NCBI RefSeq assembly: GCF_009914755.1 | Contig: NC_060935.1 | Direction: 5' to 3' (one strand) | DNA length: 64,000 nt | Source of the DNA: the human T2T-CHM13v2.0 reference genome, Homo sapiens | Translations under genes and position numbers: made by a program | The notes under the pieces: model-generated | Seen by the model: the letters and a program-made list of their open reading frames with translations, nothing else | Database searches by the model: none | What the model was told of the DNA's origin: nothing | In this document: piece by piece, positions 47,098 to 63,072 of the stretch | How the letters are laid out: every line of letters begins with the position of its first letter | How positions within the stretch are numbered: the first letter of the stretch is position 1

Positions 47098-47903
47098 TTT
47101 TCTTTTTTAACTTTTATTTTAAGTTCAGGGGTACATGTGCAGGTTTATTATATAGGTAAACTTGTGTCATGGGTGTTTGTTGTACAGATTATTTTATCAC
47201 CAGGTATTAAGTTGAGTACCCATTAGTTATTTTTCCTGATCCTCTCCCTCCTCCCACTCTCCATCCTCCAGCAGGCCCCGTTGTGTATTATTCCCCTATA
47301 TGCGTCCATGTGTTCTCATCGTTTAGCTCTCACTTATAAGGGAGACCATGTAGTATTTGGTTTTCTGTTCCTGTGTTAGTTTGCTGAGGATAATGGCCTC
47401 CAGCTCCATGCATGTCCATGCAAAGAACATGATCTTGTTCTTTTTTATGGCTGCACAGTATTCTGTGGTGTATATGTACCACATTTTCTTTATCTAGTCT
47501 ATCACTGATGGACAGTTAGGTTGATTCCATGTTTTCGCTCTTGCAAATAGTGCTGCGATGAACATACAGGAACTTTCCTTATAATAGAATAGGAACTGTT
47601 CTTTCTTTATAAAGACAGGAACTGTCTTTATAATAGAATGATTTCTATTCCTTTGGGTATATACCCAGTAATGGGATTGCTGGATTGAATGGTATTTCTG
47701 TCTTCAGGTCTTTGAGGAGTCACCACACTATCTTCCACAATGGCTGAACTAATTTACACTACATTATCTGTGTATAAGTGTTCCTTTTTCTCCACAACCT
47801 CACCAGCATCCACTATTTTTTGACTTTTTAATAATAGTCATTCTGACTGGTGTGAGATGGTATCTCATTGTGGTTTTGATTTGCATTTTCTAAAGATCAG
47901 TGA
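47098..47903 (-). mobile_element. Older L1PA (about PA13-16) 3' end with an internal templated scar
   Basis: ttttaacttttattttaagttcaggggtacatgtgcagg...aaacttgtgtcatgggtgtttgttgtacagattatttt; short TSD cattgt. Confidence 0.9.
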
Positions 47904-48242
47904 CATTGTCTTAACAATGCACTTGATCATGTGCCAGGTTGGAGATACTTAGTGTGCATGCTCACTGCTCTGCCAAAGTCATGCTCTGCCAAAATCATAC
48001 TCTACCACTGGTGAGTCAGAGGCTCCATTTTCTTATAGGGGAAGCAATACAATTGCTATTAATTTATAATTTTGAAGAACAACCTTTGGGAACTGCATGG
48101 TTTTACTTGTTCTTCTTGAGCAAGCCAGCCAAGGGAAGAGACTTTGATGGTGCTAAGAAGGGACATACAAATTACCTAAGAAATTTTACAGCTAGAAAGA
48201 ACCCTAGAGACTCCAGTCTGACCCTCGTATTTTACAGATGTA

Positions 48243-48690
48243 TGTGTCAGTTGAAATACTTTGGCTATGAATAACAGAAAACCCACCAACCTTGTTTTCC
48301 ATCCTAAGGACATGAGTTATTTACTTAACAAGAAGTCTGGAGGATGTTATAGTCTAGTTCATTGGCTCAGTGATACCCCCTCAACGATGCAGGTTCTTCC
48401 AATCTTTCTTCTCTGTTATGTGTGTGTGGCAACATCCAAGCCTCACATCTTCCATGAAAAGGTGTAAAGGAGAAATCAAGAGAGTATCTGGGGGTGGTGA
48501 GAGAGTAGTTTCCTCTTATGTCTCTTTTCCAAGGATGATATGCATCTAGAATCCCCCCACATGACTTGTCCACACATCTCACAGGAACCTGACCCCAAAG
48601 ATGGCTAGGAAAGTGTGAATCAGCATTTGTAGCCTCTGTAGTGGGATATGATCAGAGGGGAAGGAAATGCCTGATGGGTGACAAACCATT
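48243..48690 (-). mobile_element. Old MaLR LTR (MLT1J-like) nested in a MIR
   Basis: tgtgtcagtt...ttggctatgaataacagaaaaccc...ttatttacttaacaagaagtctggagg; flanks join into MIR (tttacagatg...ggagaaactgag). Confidence 0.55.
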
Positions 48691-50457
48691 GATATCTGGC
48701 TGATGGAGAAACTGAGCTCCAAGGAACAACAGGATTTTTCTGAGATCACGTAGCCTGTTGGAGCTAGGGCTAACATCTAGATTTTCAGTTGAGTATTCAA
48801 AATGGGCAACTGAGTATGTGGAATTTCTGCACCACAGTATCTCTTTGTCCCATTAGATCCATGGAGATCATATGGCCTGATTTTTGGCTGATCAAGGTCC
48901 CAGAGCTATAATTCAGAGTCTGATTCTTGACAGAGCAAAATGGCCTTGGTGGCCAAGAGACTGAATTTTTCCTTTTGTATCTTAACTTCCAGGCTAAGTT
49001 ACCAGGGCAGTTACTTTGGCCATCAAAAGCAAATGCTAATGTTTCTCTGTCAGAATTCATCTTTTGCAAGTCGTTGGTGATTTTATATTGGTCAAAGAAC
49101 AAAAGAAAAATATTTGAGTCTTTAATTCTCTTAAGACAAGCTATTTTAGAAATCCCCAGGAAAGTCAGGTAGGGAAAGATCAATAACTGTTTCCTGGACT
49201 CAGAGCAGAAGATGGTTTATTTATGTGCCTGGGATGTTGTTGAGTGCATGCTCGATACCCAAGCCTGTGGTCACATGGACATAGATAACATCAAGCAGTG
49301 AATTATTAAAACCAAAAGGGACTGACTTCATTCACATCTCCTCTTGTGTTGATGCAGCAAAAAGCAACTTCTACTCTTGACTTCCTTGAAAAACTTTCCA
49401 GAGCTGTGATTTGGAATTACTTTTGTGAAAGATCTTAAGTTTAATATAGGTCAAACCCATCACATAACAATAATAGAATTCCTGGGAGAGTGTGCGTAAA
49501 TGCTGTTTGGAAAAAAATCACATGATATTTTAATTGCACTGGAGAAGCAGGCAAGTTAAAGTAACCTTGAAAACCAATCTTTTGAAAGAGAAAACTCATG
49601 TTGCAATGCCATTTGTAATGCTAATAAGCTCTACCCTACGTATCTGTTTAATATGTGATATGCTAAGTTGGGGTTTCTGGAAGTCCTTTGGTAGTCCTTG
49701 GCCCACACTGTGTTTCTATAATATGAATGGGTAGAAGGACATTAGGATACTTATTTTCCTATACCTTGGTGCATGGGATTCTGCCTAACAGCAGATGAAA
49801 GGCTGAAAATGTATCAGGAGCTATTGTAATGACTTCCAACATGATTCAGGAGGTACAGAAGAGCATGATGGAAAATTTTCATTTGTGTGGAGAATGGAGA
49901 GTGCATATAGGTAAATTCTAATTAGTATTCACAGGGACTTTGTGATCCTATGGTCAGATAGTATGGAATGTCTCACACAGGTAGACTTCAAGTATTCATG
50001 GGCCTGTGATCATTGCATCTCTCTGTAAGTGAGCAAACTTTGTCCTATTTTAAGTGTATGAGTCTCTCCTCAGGTCTGATATCTATTCTCTGATCCTGCT
50101 GACCCTTTCCAAATTTTAGAACTTCATTAGTCTCCGAAGCCTATGCAGTGCAGGCCCTTGTAAGATTTTTATTTGTACTCATTTGCTGATAGAACTTGAA
50201 CACCCTTCTCAGACTTTTTGACTATGATTCCTAAGCACATTCCAAATGTAGGAATTTTCAGAGAAAGGTGGATGTTTCTAGCATGACTTGTGCCTTTTTA
50301 TTTGGGATTTTCTGGCATCCCAGGACCCTATTCCTTTGTTTTGGTTAATGGAGAACCAAATTCCTCCCTATTCTTCAAACAACCAAGCCCTTTCAGACCT
50401 CAGGGCATTTGTTCATGTTAAGCCTCTGCCTAGAATCCTCTCTACCCCAAACTTCAC

Positions 50458-50900
50458 TGTCAACGGATAAAATGCTTTTGGTTCCAAATATCAGAAAACA
50501 AGTAAAGCTGGCTTACATAAAAAAGAGAAAATTTACTAAGAAAATGAGGAGACTCATAAATAACCTAAAAACAGGAATGTATCAGGAACAAGGATCTGGG
50601 AGGCAGGAGAGATTAGTTTGTATTTCCTATCTCTCATTTCTCCTTGGTTCTCATCTCTGCACATCCACTTCATTCTTTGCTCTTTGTAAATTGGCTTCTT
50701 TGCTCCCTGCTCACATGGTAGAAGACATGGACTCCCCACAGCTCCCGGGTTTATCAGCTATAGATTCAATTATCCAGAGGCTAAGCCTCTTTTTTGGGTT
50801 CTAATGTCAAATTCTCAAGGCACTCTGGTTTACTTCATGTCGACAGCCCGTTTCTGGACTGGTCAACCATGTTCAGGGGCCAGGTTCAAGCAGAAGAGAT
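50458..50900 (-). mobile_element. Old MaLR LTR (MLT1K/L-like)
   Basis: atgcttttggttccaaatatcagaaaacaag...ctggcttacataaaaaagagaaaatttact. Confidence 0.45.
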
Positions 50901-51019
50901 GAAACATATTGTTAATACAATGCCTATGGGCAAGACAGGCAGATTCCAGAGAACAGGGGTGGGGCAAGTCAAAGGATGTCTGCTATACCCCTTTTCCATG
51001 CCTGTGAAATGAAAATCTT

Positions 51020-51120
51020 TCCCTTCTTCCCTACCTCCCTCCCTCCTTCCTTCCTTCCTTCCCTCCCTCTTTCCCTCCCTCCTTCCCTCCCTCCTTCCCT
51101 CCTTCTCTCCTTCCTGCCTG
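51020..51120. repeat. (CCTT/CCCT)n low-complexity tract
   Basis: Direct reading. Confidence 0.9.
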
Positions 51121-51204
51121 TCTCAAGAAAAGTCCTAGTTGCTAGTAATACAGCTTAAAATAAATGAATAAACAAACAAACAAACAAACAAACAGAGATG
51201 GGGA

Positions 51205-51658
<454 letters not shown>

Positions 51659-53041
51659 TAGAAATACAGCTCTGAACAAAACCTGATCCTACCACAGAGA
51701 TCTTACAGATGAGCAGGAAACATAAGTATATGGAAAACTCTTACTTACCCTTTACTGCCTAGTTCAAATGTCACTCATTTGATAACTCTTCCCTGACCCT
51801 CTTTCTGTCCCCAGTTCTTACAAGTTGTTTGGTATTACCTTTTTTTTTCTTTATTTCCTGTGGTTCCATGTACTTACCTCTATTACAGTAATCATATTTC
51901 ATTCCAGTTTTGTTTCCATGGTTCTGTCTCGGTAGCCTGTACATTCCCAGAGAGAAGAGATGGACTCTGAATTCAGAATAGTTGGTGCAAGGTAGGTGTT
52001 CCAGTGAAAGTCTGTTGATTGAAAGAGCTGCTCTTTAGGAAAGAGTGAGGTCAGAGGCCTCTGTTTCTTCCAGGGTGTAAGGCAGATGAGGGGGACCCTA
52101 CACAGCTACATGTATCAACATAGATGGTTTGACAAGAAGACAGGGTTACCGTGGACACATGACCTATTCAGTATGATCCAAGTTGGAAGGATTAGCCTGC
52201 TGCCCACAAGAATGGTAATTGATGTATCTCTCAATAGTTCCAGTGGGAAATGCTTCATAGCTTATTTTTATTACACAAAAGACGGGTCAGACCATTCACC
52301 TGGTGGCTTTGTTGAATCTTCAGTTTTCCTCCCTAAAAAGGAGGATTAGGACTGAGGTATCTCCTTTCTGACTACTCCATTATTCATAATTTTCCTTCCC
52401 CATCAAGCCCCTCTCTCTGACAAGCTCCAACTGATAGAATCAAGGTTCTTAGCTTATTGAAGGGGAAAATAAGTAAAGTAAAATTCACACAAAGCACTCT
52501 TTGAGTGAGTCACAGAACAATTAACAGTACCCAAGTTTGATTTAAATGATAATTTTGTTTTAAATCAGAAGGTTTCTTAAAGTATTTAGCTAGGACTTGT
52601 TATGCTTGTCAGAAATGACTCACGGGCCTTTTGGATTTTTGAGTGAATGCCATTGTTAGTTTTCAGTGTTCAACAATGCATAATTGGCACCCCAAAGCCC
52701 CATGTTTTTCCTTTTTCCCCTGAGCCAGTTGTGAGCAGTGGGAGGCAGGCCTGTGCTTCTGTTCTCCTGACGTGTCTGGTGTGATGCTGGGTAATTGCCA
52801 TTATTGCTGGATTGCTCTCTGAGGTGCTGGTTGCCAAGGATGTTTGGTGGGGAAGCTTCCACTACATCTGCTTTGGGCATTCTTCTCTGGGTTTTCTTCT
52901 TATTCCACATTTTGAGGAGAAAATCAGTGGAAATTTTGCTCTGAATAATTCCCTCCTGCCCTCCCTTTTTGCGGGAAGGTTGATTAAAACAATGACCATG
53001 TTAGTTAGCACAAGATTTTCTCTAATCAAGATGTTGTTAGA

Positions 53042-53345
53042 GGCTGGGCGCGGTGGCTCACACCTGTAATTCCAGCACTTTTGGAGGCCATGGCAGGCAG
53101 ATCACTTGAGGCCAGGAGTTAGTAACTAGCCTGGCCAACATGGCAAAACCCCATCTGTACTAAAAATACAAAAAAAATTAGCCAGGCGTGGTGGTGCATG
53201 CCTGAAATCCCAGCTACTCAGGAGGCTGAGGTGCGAGAATTGCTTGAACCTGGTTTGAAACTGGGAGGCAGAGGTTGCAGTGAGCTGAGCGACACTGTAC
53301 TCCAACCTAGGCTACAGAGCAAGTCTCTGTTTCCAAAAAAAAAAA
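53042..53345 (+). mobile_element. AluS (Sx/Sz-like)
   Basis: Full Alu; TSD atg(tt/cc)gttag; followed by a MIR at 53350-53450. Confidence 0.93.
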
Positions 53346-53800
53346 TGCCGTTAGTTCCCTTCTCTGTAAAATGAGGATAATAATGGAACATACTTCACTG
53401 GGTTGTTGTAAGGAATAAATGACAAAACACATTGTGTAAAGCATGCATGCTCCACTATCTTGATGTAGAGAAAGACAGAGGAGTCAGGATTCATCCTTCT
53501 CCACCTGCCAACTCTCCTGCCACATCCTCCATGGGACTCATAGTCCTGTAAGAAGCCACCTGCCATGGCTGGGGCCACCACTGCTGACCAGTCTCCCATG
53601 CTCCAGACTCAAGGTGATCTTATCCCAAATTCAATATCCAAAAAGAAACGGATGACCTTCATATGTATGTGTTTTTAGTCTATTCCCAATGAGCTTTTGC
53701 TTCCATTTATCTCTTACTTGAAGTGATCTTTCGTGTTAAACAGTGAGCAATTGCTGAAAAATAAGAGTTAAGAAATCTGGATTCTAATTAACTTTATCAC

Positions 53801-53875
53801 TAATTGTTATGTAAGGTGAGTCACTATTTTTTGGGTAATTGTTATGTAACTGTGAGTCACTTTTTTTTTGGGTAA
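53801..53875. repeat. Tandem duplication of a ~35-bp unit inside a MIR
   Basis: taattgttatgtaaggtgagtcactattttttggg followed by taattgttatgtaactgtgagtcactttttttttggg. Confidence 0.9.
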
Positions 53876-54099
53876 ACAAGGGTGAGAAGATTAATGAAGG
53901 TTGTCAAGACCAGTGGAAGAACAAAAGTGAGTTTCCATAACGATACCTTACACATCCAATGTTTTGCTTCCTTTGATTGCATTAAGCCTCGCAAAGGTAG
54001 AACAGTTATTTCTCTCTTGCTGTGTGAGATAACTAAGGCACAGAAGAATAGAGTCATTTTCCCATGGCTTGGCTTTGACCTTCCTTCCCCATGCTCCAG

Positions 54100-54283
54100 T
54101 CTTCTGACAGAGTCCTCCTTGCTGTTTAATGTAATAATTGTTTTCTTATGTCTTTCTCCAACCAGAATGAGATCTTCTTGGAGGTAAAATCCCATCTTGT
54201 TCATTTTTGTGTTTCTAGTGCCCATTTCAAGGGCACATATTACATGGCCAATAATGTTTGTAGAATGAATGAATGAATGAATG
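54100..54283 (+). mobile_element. L2 3' end
   Basis: ccagaatgagatcttcttggagg...catcttgttcatttttgtgtttctagtgccc...gaatgaatgaatgaatgaatg tail. Confidence 0.75.
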
Positions 54284-54745
54284 GAAAGAGAGCGAAGACC
54301 AAAGACTTGATCCTTAAAAGTTCTCAGGCAACTTTTCTTTATTCCTTTTACACTGTTTCCCACCTCACAGTGACCATAACGTTATTAGCTGAAAAGGAGA
54401 AATGGCAAGTTTCAAGGATATACATGGGAAGTGCTAAACCAAGAATATAAATTTTTTTCATTCAGTTTTTTGAAAATGAGAAACATCCAATCTGACATTA
54501 ATCAGTCACCATAGATGTGCTCTGTGTTGGGCAGTGAGCTTAGTGTTGCAGGCTTGCTGTCTGGCTTGGGAGATCGGAAGAATGTGTGTGAACACATCGC
54601 TCAGGGTCAACAGTGAGCACTGACGGTTGTAAGAGCTAGGGGTGGCCACAGGAGGGAGTCTAGTTGGGGATGACCTCATGGAAGAGGCTGAATTGGGCTT
54701 GGGCCTCAAAGGGTCAGAGGGAAGTTGCTAGAAAGTGATAATGCA

Positions 54746-55050
<305 letters not shown>

Positions 55051-55399
55051 CTAAGACAAGGGAGGCATCAGAGAGGACAGTATAGGGCATGTTTGGGGAC
55101 TGCTGGGGATGCACACTCTATTGGACTCTCATGGGAAACCCCAGGATCCTTAAGGGGGTAAGAAATTCCCCCAGGTCTTCCACGCCAAGCCAGTCCACTC
55201 TCACTCTGTCTAGCGGTCTTAAGATGTGCTTTTTTAACGACTCAAATTACATAATACGGTGGTTCTTTTGTTAGGAGAGTCCCTATTAAAGATTCCATGG
55301 GCAAGAAAGAAGAAAGTTGTTTCACCAAAGAAAATGAAAATGATAAATTGGACTGTGCCAAATTTCTCTCTGGATATCCCTTGCTCACCCACTTCCCAG

Positions 55400-55605
55400 C
55401 ATGGACATTAGAGTCAGACAAGAAAGACTTGACTTTTTTTTGTATCTGTCACTTTCTAGATAAACTTAGTAGTTATTCAACGTCTCTAAGCCTTAGTTTG
55501 CTCAGCTATACCACAGAGTAAAGAAAGCTGCCTTGCAAAATTGCTATGAGGATAAAATGCAATGGTATGGGAAAAGTGCTTAGTACACAGTGAGTGTGCA
55601 GTAGG
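55400..55605 (+). mobile_element. MIR SINE
   Basis: gagtcagac...agttattcaacgtctctaagccttagtttgctca...gtgcttagtacacagtg. Confidence 0.7.
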
Positions 55606-55919
55606 TGTGCCCAGCACCATGCTAGATACATTAGGTGCAAACTCAATGCCCAGAGGGACTAGGCAAATGATGTGAATAAATAACAGAGACTATGTGTGTT
55701 AGATGGGTATCAGGGCCTAATGGGGACTACCGGAAAAGAGAGAGAAAAAAAAAAGAAACGTTGCATGTAATCTTTAAAATGTGCAACTGTTCTTCAGAGT
55801 CACCTACTTGCTGTTTCACTGGAATCTGAGCCCTGTGCTATCAGATCTTTCTATTTTTTTGGAAAGGAGCCAGTAATCTAGGATTTCATATGAAATCCTC
55901 TGATTTCAAATATGGCTAC

Positions 55920-56385
55920 TGTAGGAGGGATTGCTCTTGCCCAGGACCCACTCTTCCCTTCTTTCTCTGTATAATGGATCCCTCAAGTTTTAGAGAGACA
56001 TGTGCCCTCCTCTTCTCTCTACCCTCCACAGCTAAATATCCGATTTTTCCACTTCCCTTGCAGTTAGGTGTGGCCATTGGCCAAATATTGTTCAATGGAG
56101 GATGAAGATGAGAGCTATGCGCAAGTTCACTGTCATGTCCTTAAAAAGCAGCTCCTTGGGTTTCCTTTCTCTTTCTCCCCTTCTTACTGTGATGAGCCAT
56201 CAACCACATGGATAGGCTCATCACTTTCAGGGACAGCTGGTAGCAACAAGATAAGAGCAGAGTTGCTCACACTCTTGGATTGCCTACCAGTCCAGATCTT
56301 TATGGAAAAAGAATTAAATGTCTATCTCATTTAAGCCACTGTTATTTGGTCCGTAATAAAGCAGAAGGACCAATACCTTAAAGAA
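55920..56385 (+). mobile_element. Old MaLR LTR (MLT1I/J-like)
   Basis: ttcccttgcagttaggtgtggcca...tctatctcatttaagccactgttatttgg. Confidence 0.5.
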
Positions 56386-59081
56386 TCAGCAACAAATTTC
56401 TCATAAAAAACAAAGGAACACCTTATATAAAAAATGTATATTTATGGGTTGAATTTGCTGATAGGATGTTAGTTTTCTTAAGGAATTAAACAGTGTAAGA
56501 TGCAATCCATGCTTGTTAGAAACATGAGTACCATTGGAAAAAATTAGACTTGTGTACAAAGTGATGAACCCATAATATAAAACAGAGTGTACAGACTTTG
56601 AGTGGTACAGATTTTGAGTGCTATAAGAATTCTATGAATTAGGTACCAAAGAAAGATTTCCTGCATGTTTTGCTGGGCCACTGGCCATGCATTTGCTATG
56701 CCAGACTTCTAGTGTGGTAGCTGTCAAGAGGGTACAGGTGGGTCTAGGGACAGGTCCATTCTATGTTTGCTGCTCCTAGTTACCTTTCAGGAGACACAGC
56801 GGTAAGACGATTTGGGCTGGTGGTGCTCCTATTACTAAGCATCCACACTTTGCATCCATTGTATCATTTAAACCACACTACACCATTTGCAGGTGAGAAA
56901 GCTGTGGCTGATAGACATTAAATAACTTGCCAGGAATAATGGATAGAATAGAGATTCAAACCCACGATTGTTCGGCACAAAGTTCTTGTTTCTTTCTGCT
57001 GCTGAGTGGTACCATCTGCTTCCTCAGTGTGCCATGGCAGGCTGAATGGTCTTGTTCATCATATCAAAAAAGATGAGGAGGAAAAATAACTCTGCGATCT
57101 GTATTTGGCATTATTGAAGTTGCTTGAAATAAATTCATGAGTGAGAACTTCAAAGGGAGAGAGGAAAAGGATGAAGTAGAAGAGGTGCTTTATTATGATT
57201 CTTTTAAAGTTTAATCACATTGAATAAACCTAGAAGTAACAAATGGTGTTTGGAGCATCATTTGCTTGAGATTCCCATAATGCATTTTGATCTCTAAGAA
57301 GAAAGACTCATTAAACAGGAAGATTATCTGCTTATTTGGAAAGACAAATCTATCCTTATAATCATGGCTACAAATACTTGGAAGCCTGATCATAAACACG
57401 TTTTCATAATCCTTGTAAAGATTAATGAATGATAATTACTTCATTCAATGGCAAAAGCCTTGGTTTGGAGCATGCGTCATAGTAACAATCTCTGCTATTC
57501 ATATTCTAAAATGAATCTACATAATGTATTACTTATAAACCCTACTCTTTTATTCCTCCCCTCAGATTCACTAGTAGACTCTCTTCATGTTATAGTATAA
57601 AGTAATTCAACTCTTTCATGACTGTCAGTTACTGCTTTCAAAATCACACTTTGGGTTTCAGTTCTCTGGTGAGCTAGGGCCATTACTTATTTGTTGACAC
57701 TGTGGTTGCAGGAGCCTTTGTTTTCTTCAAGTTAAATGAAGTACCATTTCAATATTGACGTTTTGGGAACACCGAAGAACAGTTCTGAAATTACACAGTT
57801 GATGCTTTTAATTGCAATGTAGGGCCTGGAGACCATCACTGAGTTGCAAATTAATAAAATCTTTCTGAAGTGAAAAGGTCATATTCAAAGAGACTGCAGA
57901 TTTAAGCTGTAAAAACCTGAGAAGGCATCTACATTTGCATGGGAAAAAATTTACCCTGATGCAGCTCTGATTATTACTGAGGAATAAAAATAAGGTGTTC
58001 TGAGCACCCAGAACAAGGTTAGCCACAGGAAAGGCAGGAGGTGGAAGGTGTCCAGCAGAAATGTGGGGAAGGGACCACATGCCACATTTGTCCCATTTCT
58101 TTCCTCTTTGCTCCAAAGTGAGTGAGACAGGAGAGGTTCTTTTAGGGAAAACTGTACAAATTCCTCTAACCTCATTTCTCAGCATAAATGCCACAAAAAA
58201 GTTTCTACTTCTAGGAAAGCAGAGGCCAGGGGTTTCCTGGTCAACTCTCAATCCCTTTAAAATTCTCTTTTCTCTTAGCCACAAAGTCACATCCTTTCCT
58301 GGAAGTAAAACTCACTCCTACAGATTTTTACAAAAAATATTATTCAAGCTATTCATGCAGAACAGGTTCTTACAATTCCTTTTCTACTGCTCAATAACCT
58401 TGTTTCCCAGCCTGAATTTCAGCTCTCATTTCAGGTTCTTGGCCCACAGTACCTTTACTTTTTCATTTTTTTTTTCCTCTTCTTGTTTCTTTTCACTTTT
58501 CCATGGTGATTTGATTCATCACTTCTGCTCCAGAGAGACTCAGCGGTGGGCTCATGAATCTTCATTCTTTCTTTTTTTCTTTTTACAAGGCCCCAGAAAT
58601 ACTTCCTTTCTAACAATGTTTTGCTCATATGGTCTGTTTCTATGATCCTTAGACTTCTGACTCCCAAATCTTTCATTTTTTGGAAAGTCAGGACTTTTGG
58701 ATCTCCACATAGCCTTTGGCAAGGGTGGTTGTTTCAGCTCTGCACCAGAGACTGTGTCTTCATCTCTCAACATCCCTAAGAAGCAGACAGAATTCTCCGG
58801 CCTCTCGACAGACATTTTTGTACCTCAAAAAGCAACAGAGCCTAGGCTTTTAGCATAATCTCTTTTCATCTCGGTTCCCCCATTTTTATTCTAAAACAGA
58901 CACCAGCCCTTGGCCTCATCAGCGTATTCAGACTCTGTTCCAGCACTTTGTCAACTTTGAGCCAAAATGCACCTTCTTCACTGTCTTCCACAAGAAATTC
59001 AAGTATATTTGCTGAATATCTGTAAGGTCACAGGGCCAGGTCCCCTCACACAGTACACAGGATTTCTTTTGGAAAATCTTT

Positions 59082-60454
<1,373 letters not shown>

Positions 60455-61440
60455 GGAAAATCTTTATTAGTCTTGCCTTTTTTTCTGTTTGCTCCTTCCC
60501 CGATACACCTTAGCCAGGGGTTCTGTTTTTCTGCTGACACGTCTCCCAGTCTCCCATGCAGAGCTCTGCTGCTTTTACTCCATTCTTCCCAATTTTCTTG
60601 ACAGCCACTGTTTCCTCTTTATTATGTAAAGTAGCTTCTTTGCTCCTCTGAAGGAAATCTAGTGCCCAGCCCAGTACCCTGTCATGGAGGCCGATTCTTC
60701 TCGATTTGGATGAGTGGGCTTATCCGACAGCTTTCTCTTCACAGAAGAATCCTCTGACCAGCTGCTGTGAACAAAAAGATAAACATTTCTCCATATCATT
60801 ACTCATAAAATGGGTTTATTAATACTTCATAGGGTTGCTGAGAGGATAAAAGGAAATAATGAATGTAGAGGATTTAGCACAGCGTCGTTTATCGTCATCA
60901 TCACTGAATGCAATTAGATTGTGCAGTTTTTATCTTTGCTCTCTCTGGACCTCTGTGGTTACCTCCATTACAACACTTATGGCTCAGTTATCTGAGGATG
61001 CTCCTGGCTTTGAGCTCCCCATGGGCAAGCGCTTTGTCTCATTCATCCTATCTCCAGCACCTGCTACCATATCCAGTGCAGAGTGATGCATGATAAATGT
61101 ATGAATCATTTGGCCTGGAGAGCTTCTGGTATATTCCAAAAAAGCATTTTATATAGAGGAACAGGCAGATCTTGGGAGAAATTAAAACTAAGGTCCAGGA
61201 CCACTGCTGACACCTATTCATATTCAGTTTTTTTCTTACTGAGGAGCAGCCAATGCACTGAAAGTGCTTTGCAGGGAGGGTCAGGGAGGGCCTGTGCTCT
61301 CTCATTTTTTTGCATCTCCAGTATCCAACACTGTGAAGGGCACAACCCTGTGATGGGAGGAGGAAGAGTCTCCCTGGCTTCCTGGGATGAGATTTTGTAG
61401 GATTCCTTCTCTGTGTACTCTGCTTCTCTCAAGCCCAAGA

Positions 61441-61443
<3 letters not shown>

Positions 61444-61494
<51 letters not shown>
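61444..61494. repeat. (TG)n microsatellite, about 25 units
   Basis: Direct reading. Confidence 0.97.
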
Positions 61495-61496
<2 letters not shown>

Positions 61497-61928
61497 GAGC
61501 TGGGCTATAACATGGAAGCATCCCAGGAATAAACTCATAATTTTATATCCCATCAATCTTATGTTCATTAAACATTTGTTCATCAGAGGCTGAAAACCTA
61601 TCTCATGGGGAAAGGATGCTGAGTGAAGAGCTCAGGTCTACTTACTGCTCTAAGTAATTCATATTTGCAACCCCTTCCCCGCCCCCGCCAAAGTTGTGTA
61701 CCTAACTTAGAAGAAAGAAATCTCTGTATTAACACAATCACCTTTCTTAGAAGGCAGCTCATTAATGTACCATCTCATGTTACTTGAATGTGTTTCTGGG
61801 GCAGGTGAGGGGTTTATTCCAACCCTAAGTGGTGTTTAAAAATATTTTTTCCAACCACACAGAAAAGAACCCTGAAAAGAGTTCTTATGAATACATGTTT
61901 TTCCATTGCATTACATTTCTAATGATGT

Positions 61929-62124
61929 TTTTTGCAAAGGCATAAGAATGATACAATGGAATTTAGGGAAGGGTAGGAGGGGTCAAGGGATAAAAGGCTA
62001 CCAATAGGGTGCAGTGAATAATGCTCAGGTAATGGGTGCACCAAAATCTCACAAATCACCACTAAAGAACTTACTCATGTAACAAAACACCACCTGTGCT
62101 CCAATAACCTATGGAAAAAAATAA
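61929..62124 (+). mobile_element. L1PB1-type 3' end
   Basis: gcaaaggcataagaatgatacaatgga...caaaatctcacaaatcaccactaaagaacttactcatgtaac; TSD atttctaatgatgt at 61915-61928 and 62125-62138. Confidence 0.9.
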
Positions 62125-62744
62125 ATTTCTAATGATGTCTTAGCATCCATGATTGATTGACACCCCAGCTGGTATCACCTTAATATTGCTCTGCATTTAG
62201 CTCTACCATATCACCAATTAATAAACACAAAATTCACTCCTCCTTTCATTCTATCCTCCTGGTATTTCCACAGGGTGTTGATTGCAAAATAAACTGGCCT
62301 TATATCAGATCCTCTAGCTTGGGAGATTCTTGAATTCTGGCCTAAAAAAGTATTTTATAAATGTATGATTCCACTTATTGCATAGGAAGATGTAATATGA
62401 ATCTTGATATGATTTATTTTTAATTTTGATGACTACAAGTTATTGGTATGTAGTATTTGTTTTATGATTCTAGCAACTGGTATCTGTTAACTATGAGATT
62501 CTGAAATGTTTCTCCAGGTTTTATGTCTCTAGTCAGGAGTTTCTAGAATTACATTCTGCACCATTCCCCACTAAAGTAGCCCTGGTAACTATGGTCTGAC
62601 TGACTGAATAGATACATGAATACAGCACTATCTGGTTTATAAAAAAAAATCTTTCTTTTATTTGGGCTGTCATGCCTTGAGCTGCTGCTGAAATGTACAT
62701 AACTATAAAATGTATAAAATGGGAATAATGGTTTCTACCATGTT

Positions 62745-63072
<328 letters not shown>

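Noticed and set aside
47968-48008. Small 16-22-bp tandem duplications (also ~683-722, 18840-18871, 56585-56620)
   Set aside because: Ordinary slippage duplications with only 2-2.5 copies; not CRISPR-like, no spacers
55630-55920. Possible hAT-type DNA transposon fossil
   Set aside because: Looks repeat-like but I could not assign the family or boundaries with confidence
57808-58645. Overlapping 160-aa and 194-aa ORFs in unique sequence
   Set aside because: Phe/Leu/Ser-biased, no recognisable domain, no convincing exon structure
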